Shown here piece after piece: positions 38,703 to 46,891 of a stretch of 64,000 nucleotides of DNA. Every line of letters starts with the position of its first letter. Position 1 is the stretch's first letter. The stretch lies in contig JBGSVZ010000012.1 in assembly GCA_041752695.1 (NCBI GenBank), positions 1-64,000 on the forward strand. Reading direction: 5' to 3'. Below the pieces are notes generated by a model. That model was given only the letters and a program-made list of their open reading frames with translations, was not told the origin of the DNA and did not search any database. The position numbers and the translations under genes were made by a program. The DNA is from Terrimicrobiaceae bacterium (GTDB lineage: Bacteria > Verrucomicrobiota > Verrucomicrobiia > Chthoniobacterales > Terrimicrobiaceae).

Positions 38703-38839
38703 GAGTAAATTTTTTTAAGTTTGAGCCGGTTTCTGTCCCGAAAGTGATCAAGGGACAAAAAAAGCACGCTACGGTGCTTGTCTCGGAACCCCGACTTTGT
38801 GCGGGAGGGCGAAACTATCGCCTTCCAAAAGACTAGCAA
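38703..38839 (-). promoter_or_regulatory. Putative sigma-70 promoter (TTGCTA-N16-TAGTTT) and structured 5' leader of the rpsC-initiated operon
   Basis: Minus strand: -35 at 38839-38834, -10 at 38817-38812. Leader contains AAGCAC-CGTAGC-GTGCTT followed by a U-run, and a TGTCCC/GGGACA stem. Confidence 0.5.
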
Positions 38840-38875
38840 GAGAAAAGTTGAAAAAAATCGCTTCCCGGCCGCGAC

Positions 38876-39556
38876 TCAATTCCCCGCCTGCTTGAGCGCA
38901 GCCCTCAGGGCCTCGACTTCGCGCTGTAATTCCCCTGCATGGGATTTTTTCTGGTTCTCGACATGCCTGGCGATGGCCTCGACCGTTTGGTTCATCTGTT
39001 TAACCGCGGTTCCCTTGAGCAAACCCGCCATACTGGACCCCGGCGTCACCAGGTTTTCGTAGCAAATGAGGGCTTTGCCCTCGAGAGGCTCGATCCGCAG
39101 GCTCCCCACGCTGTCCTTGGTCTGGACAGCCCGGAGCAGCTTCCAGTCGATCCGGTAGCCGTCCGGGGCGACGGATTTCACGGTGTTGCGTGTCGTGTAA
39201 AATTCGTCGGGCAATATTGGCACATCCAGCCCGTAATCGATGTCCAGGGTGCAGGCAGCGACACGGTTGGAAATCTTGGAGGTGAGCACATTGGGCACGT
39301 ACGCCCAGGCATTTTCGTAATTGCAGAAAACCGCCGCCACCTCCTCCGGGCTGGCGTCCACCAACCGGTAGATCCGCATTTTGGGCCAGGGTTTTCCCTC
39401 GATCACTTCACTGAGCGAGACCTGCTCGCCTTTTTTCACTTGGGACTGATGACCTGCCGCCAATTCGTTCATCAAACCCGCCCGGCAGCAACTGCAGCCG
39501 GCCAGGAAACCAAAGACCAGTAACGCGCTGAAGGAGGGGAAATTGCGGAATTTCAT
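38876..39556 (-). CDS. Exported START/SRPBCC (polyketide cyclase-like) domain protein
   Basis: Signal peptide; VDASPEEVAAV…YVPNV, GSLRIEP, START-like topology. Confidence 0.7.
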   Translation of the reverse strand: MKFRNFPSFSALLVFGFLAGCSCCRAGLMNELAAGHQSQVKKGEQVSLSEVIEGKPWPKMRIYRLVDASPEEVAAVFCNYENAWAYVPNVLTSKISNRVAACTLDIDYGLDVPILPDEFYTTRNTVKSVAPDGYRIDWKLLRAVQTKDSVGSLRIEPLEGKALICYENLVTPGSSMAGLLKGTAVKQMNQTVEAIARHVENQKKSHAGELQREVEALRAALKQAGN

Positions 39557-39616
39557 GCGGAAAGGGAATTTTGTAGCGAAATCCCCGGAGCGGAAGCAAA
39601 TCCGAAAAGTGTAGGT

Positions 39617-39644
39617 TTGACGAATCCCTCGAACCTCCTATACT
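39617..39644 (+). promoter_or_regulatory. Putative sigma-70 promoter of rpsU (TTGACG-N16-TATACT)
   Basis: Near-consensus hexamers 40 bp upstream of the ATG. Confidence 0.55.
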
Positions 39645-39684
39645 CCGGATCCCTTTTAGAAAATCAAAGAAAGTAGGTGAAGAT

Positions 39685-39888
39685 ATGCCGGAAGTAATCG
39701 TTCGCAAAGGTGAGCCCATTGATCGCGCCCTCAAGCGCCTCAAATCCAAGCTCGACCAGGAGGGAATCCTCGAAGAAGTGCGCAGACTGCGTGCTTTTGA
39801 GACGCCCGTCCAAAAATCGCGTCGCAAGGCCAAGAACAACGCCAAGCGCGCCAAGTTGAAAATCCGCTTTCATCTTAACCTGCCCTAA
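39685..39888 (+). CDS. rpsU: 30S ribosomal protein S21
   Basis: GEPIDRALKRLK, GILEEVRRLRAFETP. Confidence 0.95.
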   Translation: MPEVIVRKGEPIDRALKRLKSKLDQEGILEEVRRLRAFETPVQKSRRKAKNNAKRAKLKIRFHLNLP

Positions 39889-39894
39889 AGCTTC

Positions 39895-40725
39895 TTGCCC
39901 AAGGTCATCATAGCCGGCTGCGGTTTCCTCGGGGAGGCCGCAGCCGATTTGTTTTCCAGCACCGGATGGGATGTGCTCGGCCTCTGCGCCACGGACGAAT
40001 CCGCCTCGCGCCTAGCGGGAAAACCTTACGCCGTCCGTGTCGTGGACATCACTGGGCCGATGGTATTCGAGGCTGCCTGGCACGGTGCCGACGCGCTGAT
40101 CCATTGCGCGAGTTCCGGGCGCGGCGGAGCCGATGCGTATCGGCGGGTCTATCTCGAAGGATTGCTCAACCTCGTGGCCACCGTCCAGCCCCGGCGCACC
40201 CTCTTCACCGGGAGCACCTCGGTTTATGCCCAGACGGACGGAGCCGTCGTGACCGAATCCACGGAAAGTCAGCCCGACCGCGAAACCGGCAGAATCCTCC
40301 TGGACGCTGAAGGAGTGGCTCTCGCCTCGGGCGGCTACGTCGCACGGCTGTCCGGAATCTACGGCCCCGGCCGTTCAGTCCTCCTTCGCAAATTCCTCGC
40401 CGGCGACGCCCGCATCGAGGGCGAGGGCGGACGGTGGATCAACCAAATTCACCGCGACGACGCTGCCCGGGCCGTCCACCACATTTTCACGACCCGCTCG
40501 GAACCGGGCGTCTACAACGTCAGCGACAACACGCCCGCCACCCAACGCGAGGTCTACGGCTGGTTGGCGGATTTTTTCCAGCGTCCCCTGCCCCCGCACG
40601 GCGAACCCGACCTGACCCGCAAACGCGGCTGGACGAGCAAACGCGTCTCCAACGAAAAGCTCCGCGCCACCGGCTGGGCCCCCGCGTTTTCCAGCTTTCG
40701 CGACGCGCTACCCACCCTCGGATGA
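39895..40725 (+). CDS. NAD-dependent epimerase/dehydratase (atypical SDR, YeeZ-like)
   Basis: GCGFLG, STSVY, RLSGIYGPGR, NQIHRDD, KRVSN. Confidence 0.85.
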   Translation: MPKVIIAGCGFLGEAAADLFSSTGWDVLGLCATDESASRLAGKPYAVRVVDITGPMVFEAAWHGADALIHCASSGRGGADAYRRVYLEGLLNLVATVQPRRTLFTGSTSVYAQTDGAVVTESTESQPDRETGRILLDAEGVALASGGYVARLSGIYGPGRSVLLRKFLAGDARIEGEGGRWINQIHRDDAARAVHHIFTTRSEPGVYNVSDNTPATQREVYGWLADFFQRPLPPHGEPDLTRKRGWTSKRVSNEKLRATGWAPAFSSFRDALPTLG

Positions 40726-41147
40726 TCCACCGCGTCCAGCTCGTCGTTGCACCGGATGCGATCGACACCAACGCCCACGTCAACAACGTGGAATACGTCC
40801 GCTGGATGCAACAAGCCGCCATCGCCCACGCCGACGCCGTGGGATGCACCCGGGCCACCATGGATGCCGGTGCCTCGTGGGTCGTGCGCAGTCACCACAT
40901 CGAATACCTCCGCCCCGCCTTCGCGGGTGAACACCTGACGATTTTGACCTGGGTTTCGACCGTGCGCCGGTCCAGTTCGCTCCGCAAATACCGCGTGGTG
41001 CGCGGACCGGATCTCGTCGCTCGGGGCGAAACTGTCTGGGTCTTTGTTGATGCGACGACCGGGAAACCCCGCCCGATTCCCGCCGAAGTCAGCCGTGTCT
41101 TTTCCCTTGTCCCACCCACCGCTGAGCCGACAGAATTTTTCCCATGA
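40722..41147 (+). CDS. Acyl-CoA thioesterase (hotdog fold)
   Basis: IDTNAHVNNVEY, IEYLRPA; ATGA overlap. Confidence 0.85.
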   Translation: MIHRVQLVVAPDAIDTNAHVNNVEYVRWMQQAAIAHADAVGCTRATMDAGASWVVRSHHIEYLRPAFAGEHLTILTWVSTVRRSSSLRKYRVVRGPDLVARGETVWVFVDATTGKPRPIPAEVSRVFSLVPPTAEPTEFFP

Positions 41148-41659
41148 CCCGGATTGCCCTTCTGCTCGTCTGCTTGCTCGCCGCCGGTTGCGCGGTCACG
41201 CCGATCACCGGCCCGCACGTTTATCAGGACACCAGCATGTCCTTCTCTGTCCCGGCGGGATGGAAAGTCACCATGCATGGCCAGTCGAGCAGCTGCGGCC
41301 ACGCCTTCGTCGAGGCTCCCGGCGAGGCGGTCGTTTTTATCAAGGGCGTTCCGCTCAAAAAAGACCCGGGCCTCGAGAAGTACGCCAAAGAATTTTCGCG
41401 CACCGCCAGTTCCTGGACTCCGGTCGGCAAGATCACCAGCCGCGGATTTAAAGGCTTTTCCGATAAACAATATGGCCCCGCGCTGAAGGAACCCTTCACC
41501 ATCGCCTTTCTCGGGGAGGATGTTCCCCACACCCGCTTCTACCGCAAACGGACAGGCTCACACTGCGCCTTTTACCTCCTCACCCAGGTCGCCGACGAAG
41601 ACGCCGCCTCGGTGGAAAACGGATTCCGTCAGATCCTCGATTCGTTCTCCGCGAAATAA
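41144..41659 (+). CDS. Lipoprotein of unknown function
   Basis: Lipobox LAAG-C. Confidence 0.75.
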   Translation: MTRIALLLVCLLAAGCAVTPITGPHVYQDTSMSFSVPAGWKVTMHGQSSSCGHAFVEAPGEAVVFIKGVPLKKDPGLEKYAKEFSRTASSWTPVGKITSRGFKGFSDKQYGPALKEPFTIAFLGEDVPHTRFYRKRTGSHCAFYLLTQVADEDAASVENGFRQILDSFSAK

Positions 41660-42273
41660 TCCACCAGCCGAAAATCCCGCCAGTCCTCCTGCCCGTGAAA
41701 ATTAATCTCACGGTGCGCGGAGGTGGACGACAGCACGGGAGTCGCCGACGCTACGCTATAATCGTAACGGCTAAATGAGGCCCGCAGAGTGCCACCGCGA
41801 ACCGCCGTCACACAGGCCAGCACGTCCCAGCCGGACTCCACCGTCCGGACTTTCGGGCGGAACAACGCCTCGTCCACCATCAGATCGTCCAGCTTGAGCC
41901 GGCGGGCCTTCAACTCCGAAAAAACGCGTCCGGACGCAAACCGCAGTTGTAGCCGGTGCCCGTTTGGCGTCGTGTGGAGTTCGAGATATTCCTCCCCAGC
42001 CATGTCCCGGACAAAAATCTCGAAGACGTCACCCAGCGTCCACATTTTTTGATTGTCCCCTGTTGCGCGGCTGAAGATGCATTCATCCTCCATCCGCGCA
42101 AGCACCCACAGGCCCTCGTCTGTCCAGCCAAGGCGAACCTCGCCTCCACGGAAATCGGGTTCCGGAGTTTGCCTCCAACCTTGCAGAAACGGCAGCGAAG
42201 GCGCTCCCTCAAAGGCGGCAAGGACCCCGTTCCAATCATTTTCGTCAAAAGGCTTCAGCCGCGGTACATTCAT
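41629..42273 (-). CDS. DOMON/CBM9-like domain protein
   Basis: VRLGW…LWV, WTLGDVFEIF, YLELHTTPNG, FSRYDY, FH..EDW. ATG overlaps the dgkA stop. Confidence 0.65.
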   Translation of the reverse strand: MNVPRLKPFDENDWNGVLAAFEGAPSLPFLQGWRQTPEPDFRGGEVRLGWTDEGLWVLARMEDECIFSRATGDNQKMWTLGDVFEIFVRDMAGEEYLELHTTPNGHRLQLRFASGRVFSELKARRLKLDDLMVDEALFRPKVRTVESGWDVLACVTAVRGGTLRASFSRYDYSVASATPVLSSTSAHREINFHGQEDWRDFRLVDYFAENESRI

Positions 42274-42659
42274 CAGGTCCACCATCCGCCAAGCCGGGCA
42301 AAATGAGGATAAAAAATCAGCATTCCGACCACCGCCGCCGCCATCGCGGAAATCAGCACCGCGCCCGCCGCGACGTCCTTGGACCGCTCCACCAGTGGAT
42401 GAAATTCCGGCGAAGCCACATCGGCAAGAAACTCGAAAGCAGTGTTCAGGGCCTCCGCCGTCCAGACCGCGGCCATCGCCAAAATGATCGCGCACCATTC
42501 CATCGGCCCGAGCCGGAAAACCAGCCCCGCCACCACCACCCCGGCTGTTGCCACCGCATGCAGCCACGCGTTGTGCTGCGAGCCGATCATCAGCCCGATC
42601 CCACGAAAGGCGTACCGAAAACTCCGCGCACGACTCGTCCAAGAAAACCCCGTTTTCAT
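42273..42659 (-). CDS. dgkA: Diacylglycerol/undecaprenol kinase (DgkA family)
   Basis: SFRYAFRGI, EALNTAFE, KDVAAGAVL; three TMs. Confidence 0.9.
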   Translation of the reverse strand: MKTGFSWTSRARSFRYAFRGIGLMIGSQHNAWLHAVATAGVVVAGLVFRLGPMEWCAIILAMAAVWTAEALNTAFEFLADVASPEFHPLVERSKDVAAGAVLISAMAAAVVGMLIFYPHFARLGGWWT

Positions 42660-42840
42660 CGATCGGTTATGGCTCCACCCTCACCGTAAGCGCGAGCGGA
42701 AAAGTTCACGCGCACCGAAACCGCGAGCCACTGAGTCCAACCCGGCCAGCACGGCTGCTGATTCTGAGCCTCCATCTCAATTGAGCCCCAGGCACGTTCG
42801 GGTGTTGTTCCTTGATGAGATAAGCTTAGACTTAGCCATC

Positions 42841-45105
42841 ATGAAGCCCGACTCATCAAACTGCGTGATCCGCGAGGTCTCGAGGATCCTCGGGGAAGAG
42901 CCGCAGCTTGAAGCCGTGGCTCTGAGCGGGCTGGAGAAAAAACTATCCATCGCCACCCTCGGCGAAGATCGCGACGAACGCCTCGCCGGACGGGTCTCCC
43001 AGGCCGTGAGCGAAGGCCCCCCTCACTGCGGCGAACTCACCACCGACGGACGCTGCGTTTCCTGCGGGGAAAAACCTGCCGGCCAAATCGTGGGCCCCCG
43101 TGTGGTCGTCAAATCCGTTCTCGGAAACACTCTCATCGAAAAGCAGACCTGCCCCACCGCGATTTCGTTTTGGAAATGGGTGTCCCTCAAATGGCCGCAA
43201 TACGCCCCGCGCGAACACAAGCCGTTCGACGACGGCGAAGCGGAATGGCACATCATGGCGTGGCTGGCTGCGGCCTGCCTCGGGTTTGGCCTTCTGGGGT
43301 TCGCCTCCGAACATTTCCTGCCTCAGGCTTCTCTCGTCTTTTACCTCGCAGCCTATCTCTGCGGCGGTTGGGACGCCGCAAAAGATGCCTGGGAACGTGT
43401 GCGCCACGCGCAACTCGACGTGCATTTTCTGATGCTGGCTGTCGCGGCAGGCGCGGCCTCCATCGGCGCGTGGCGCGAGGGCGCCTTGCTGCTCTTCCTT
43501 TTTTCCGCCTCGGGCGCGATGGAGCACTACGCGATGGGACGCACCAAGCGGGCGATTAGCGCCCTCTTCCGCGACGCTCCCAAAACCGCCCGCGTCCTTC
43601 AGGACGGCCTTGAATCCACCGTCGCCGTCGAGGATCTCACCGCTGGCATGGTCCTTCTGGTCACCGCGGGCGACCAAATTCCCGCCGACGTCGAGATCCT
43701 CAAAGGCGAAACGGAATGCGATGAATCCAGCCTCACGGGCGAATCCCGCCCCATCGCCAAAGCCCCCGGGGATACCGCGCTGGCCGGTGCCATCAATCTT
43801 TGGGGAGCGATCGAAGGCCGCGTCCTTCGCCCCGCCAGCGAAAGCGCCCTGCAAAAAATCATCTCCCTCATCCAGGAGGCGCAGACCATGAAGGCGCCGT
43901 CGCAAAAATTCACCGACCGTTTCGGCACCGGCTATACCTGGACCGTTCTCCTTCTTTGCGCCGGGATGTTTCTTGTCTGGTGGCTCGTGGTCGGCCTGTC
44001 CCCCTTCCTTTCCACCGAGACCGCCCCCAGCGCGTTCTATCGCACCATGACGCTCCTCGTTGTCGCCTCCCCGTGTGCCCTGGTTCTTTCGGTCCCCTCC
44101 TCCATCCTTTCGGCCATCGCCAGCGGTGCGCGGCGGGGCGTGCTCTTCCGCGGGGGCGCAGCCATCGAAACTCTGGCCGCCGTGAAAGTCGTCGCCCTCG
44201 ACAAAACCGGCACCCTCACCACCGGCGATCTTTCGTTGGAAAAATTCGACTGCCTCACCGGCGAGGTCCGTCAGGCCCGCCAGATCGCCGCCACTCTGGC
44301 TCGGCTTTCCCAGCACCCCCTCTCCCGGGCCATCCGCAAAGCCGCCATCGGCTGGAAAACCGTCCCGTCCGAAGCCACCGAATTCGAATCCATCCCCGGC
44401 CACGGCCTCCGCGCCACCATCGAGGGCAGGGAGTATCGGCTGGGCAACCGCAAACTCGTCGAGTCCCTCTCCCCCATCCCCGACACTCCCGAGACCAGCG
44501 CGCTCTCCGGCGGGGCCGAAGTCTGGATCGCCGGACCCGACCTGCTCGCCCGTCTCACGTTTCGTGATCAAATCCGCCCGGAATCCCGCAAAACCCTCTC
44601 CGCCCTCCGCGCCGCCGGCATCCATACCGTCATGCTCACCGGCGACCACACCGGAGCCGCCGCCCTCATCGGCCGCGAAGTCGGGGTGGACGAAATCCGC
44701 TCCGGCCTTCTCCCCGAGGAAAAGGTCGCTGCCGTTCAGGAACTCAAAAACTCCGGCCGCACCCCCGTCGCCATGATCGGCGATGGCGTGAACGACGCCC
44801 CTTGCATAGCCGCGGCCGATGTCGGCGTGGCCATGGGCGCGCGCGGCTCCGACGCCGCCCTGGAACAGGCCGAAGTCGTCCTGATGAACGACCGCCTGGA
44901 AAACTTTCTCCTCGCCCGCGAACTCAGCCGCCGGTCCCGCCGCATCATCCTGCAGAACATCACCATCGCCCTTGGCACCGTCCTCGTGATGATGACCGCC
45001 GCCTTCCTCTTCCCCATCCCCCTCGCCTTCGGCGTCGCCATGCACGAAGGCAGCACCGTCATCGTCGTTCTCAACAGCCTGCGGCTGCTGATGATCCGCG
45101 CCTGA
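42841..45105 (+). CDS. Heavy-metal P-type ATPase, P1B-4 type (ZosA/PfeT-like)
   Basis: TGES, SPC in TM, DKTGTLT, HP, GDGVND, HEGST. Confidence 0.92.
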   Translation: MKPDSSNCVIREVSRILGEEPQLEAVALSGLEKKLSIATLGEDRDERLAGRVSQAVSEGPPHCGELTTDGRCVSCGEKPAGQIVGPRVVVKSVLGNTLIEKQTCPTAISFWKWVSLKWPQYAPREHKPFDDGEAEWHIMAWLAAACLGFGLLGFASEHFLPQASLVFYLAAYLCGGWDAAKDAWERVRHAQLDVHFLMLAVAAGAASIGAWREGALLLFLFSASGAMEHYAMGRTKRAISALFRDAPKTARVLQDGLESTVAVEDLTAGMVLLVTAGDQIPADVEILKGETECDESSLTGESRPIAKAPGDTALAGAINLWGAIEGRVLRPASESALQKIISLIQEAQTMKAPSQKFTDRFGTGYTWTVLLLCAGMFLVWWLVVGLSPFLSTETAPSAFYRTMTLLVVASPCALVLSVPSSILSAIASGARRGVLFRGGAAIETLAAVKVVALDKTGTLTTGDLSLEKFDCLTGEVRQARQIAATLARLSQHPLSRAIRKAAIGWKTVPSEATEFESIPGHGLRATIEGREYRLGNRKLVESLSPIPDTPETSALSGGAEVWIAGPDLLARLTFRDQIRPESRKTLSALRAAGIHTVMLTGDHTGAAALIGREVGVDEIRSGLLPEEKVAAVQELKNSGRTPVAMIGDGVNDAPCIAAADVGVAMGARGSDAALEQAEVVLMNDRLENFLLARELSRRSRRIILQNITIALGTVLVMMTAAFLFPIPLAFGVAMHEGSTVIVVLNSLRLLMIRA

Positions 45106-45147
45106 CATCCCCACCCCGAAACTCCCTCCGCCCAACCATTTCTCGCG

Positions 45148-45274
45148 TTTTACAATAAATGTCCCACCTGGGACATTTATTGTAAAAAAGTCCAACTCAC
45201 CAAGCTTCCTCCGCCGTGCGGGTCTGGCCGTCAGAATTCACAATAGATGTCCCAGGCGGGACATTTATTGTGAA
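45148..45274. repeat. Pair of related AT-rich palindromes in inverted orientation (45148-45187, 45237-45274)
   Basis: TTTTACAATAAATGTCCCA-CC-TGGGACATTTATTGTAAAA (perfect 19-bp arms) and TTCACAATAGATGTCCC-AGGC-GGGACATTTATTGTGAA. Confidence 0.85.
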
Positions 45275-46731
45275 GGGGCGGCGGGCGCGAAGCCGCCTTG
45301 TTTCCATTCCAGTTCAGTCCCGGGGGGGAGGAGGCGGGCGGCGCGAACGATGTTCCAATTGGCCATCTGGATGCCGCCGATGCCGTAGGTGGTGAGCATT
45401 TGGTCGGGGACACTGGTTCCGTGAAGGCCATAAGGGAGAATCTCGGGACTGTCGGACTTTGCGAGATTGAGCCAGATCACGCCCGCGGGATTGTTCGGTC
45501 CGGGTGCGAGAAACTGTTCGGTGGGAAGAGTGGCGGATTTCGCCGAGGGCGCTTCGGGCTCCGGCTGGCCGAAGAGGGGTTTCGGCTTTTGCGTTTCCTC
45601 GCGACGTTCCTGAAAGGTGGCCATGCGAGGAAGCGGAATGGCGTCCCGGACCGTCCATGATCCCCGGCCACGCAGCCCGGGGCGCGCCATGGAGATGGGC
45701 ATCACTGCGACCAGCGTGTCCTTCTGAAAAATTTGCAAAAGCGCAAGGTCGAGAATCACGGCCTTCGTGTTGCCGATACCGGCGGGCGGCTGGACCATGC
45801 CGCGGAACCCTTTTTCAATTTCGAAGGGGATGACATTGGGCACGCGCAATTCTGTTCCCACCGTGGGCGCGGCGAGCACATGGGCATTGAGTTTTTTTAA
45901 GAACGCTTCATTGCAGTGGAAGCGCTCCGCCACGAACTCCCACGGTGTGCGGTAGAGAAGCTGCGGGGCGGACGCGAGGTCCTGATACGAGGGACCGCGG
46001 GCGGCCGACTTTTTCTCGGGATCGGGAGCGGCACCGGGGCGTTCCGCTTTGGGCGGGGTGATAAAACGGAAGTCCGTTTCCTTGAGCACGTAGTGAGTGA
46101 GTCCGTTGCCGACTTCACTCTGCATTGCGCTGCTCAATTTCACGGGGTCGCCCGCATCCGGGTAGGCGAGGACAAAAAGGTGCAGCACTTTTTCAAAGGT
46201 GGGACCGCGAAGTCCGTCGATGGGGCCGGCGGAAAACTGGCGACGGTCGAGAAAGGCCTGGAGCGCCGCCGTGCGCAGGAGTTCATCGGTGATTCCTGCT
46301 TCTCCCGTCTCTTTCTTCCCTTTGGCAGCTGCTTTTTTTGCCGGTTCCGGCAGGGGGGCGATAGCCCGGGCCTCCTCGCGGGTGGGAATTTTTAACAGAT
46401 CCCCGATGCGAATCAGGTCGGAGTTGAGGCCGTTGAAAGTTTTGATGTGGATGGGGGCGAGTCCGTATTTCCGCGCGATGATGGCAAGGGCGTCACCGCG
46501 TTTCACCTCGTAAGTGACGGCCTCCGAAACCGGGGCGGGCGTGGGCGCGGCAATTTGCGGGACGGGGGTGGGATCGGGAAGCGCGGAAATCCAATGGCCG
46601 GGTTCGGATGGGGCGACGCGCCATTTCCAATTCACCGCCTCGTCCAAGCCAGGTTCGACACTCGTTTGCGCACGCGCCGATGCCAGGGCCAAAAGGCAAA
46701 AAAAGGCCGCCACGATGAGGTTGTCCCGCAT
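45265..46731 (-). CDS. Exported LysM + peptidoglycan-binding + L,D-transpeptidase-like protein with degenerate active site
   Basis: Signal peptide; LysM YEVKRGDAL…IGDLLKIP; GPNNPAG.IW.L, YGLHGT…GIGGIQM instead of SHGCIRL. Confidence 0.82.
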   Translation of the reverse strand: MRDNLIVAAFFCLLALASARAQTSVEPGLDEAVNWKWRVAPSEPGHWISALPDPTPVPQIAAPTPAPVSEAVTYEVKRGDALAIIARKYGLAPIHIKTFNGLNSDLIRIGDLLKIPTREEARAIAPLPEPAKKAAAKGKKETGEAGITDELLRTAALQAFLDRRQFSAGPIDGLRGPTFEKVLHLFVLAYPDAGDPVKLSSAMQSEVGNGLTHYVLKETDFRFITPPKAERPGAAPDPEKKSAARGPSYQDLASAPQLLYRTPWEFVAERFHCNEAFLKKLNAHVLAAPTVGTELRVPNVIPFEIEKGFRGMVQPPAGIGNTKAVILDLALLQIFQKDTLVAVMPISMARPGLRGRGSWTVRDAIPLPRMATFQERREETQKPKPLFGQPEPEAPSAKSATLPTEQFLAPGPNNPAGVIWLNLAKSDSPEILPYGLHGTSVPDQMLTTYGIGGIQMANWNIVRAARLLPPGTELEWKQGGFAPAAPSQ

Positions 46732-46891
46732 CACTCCCAATAATCGGCAATATTCCTGCCGCCGTCCATTCCACATCCCTCCCACCGTACCAACTTGCGG
46801 CCGGATCGAAAACCTAAATACCCCATCGGGTTTTCCGGCGAGCGCCGCCGTTGACAACTTTCGCGGCCGGGACTATGAACGAAAAACCCCC

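Noticed and set aside
45148..45274. CRISPR mini-array
   Set aside because: Only two units, in inverted orientation, fully palindromic, with no cas genes.
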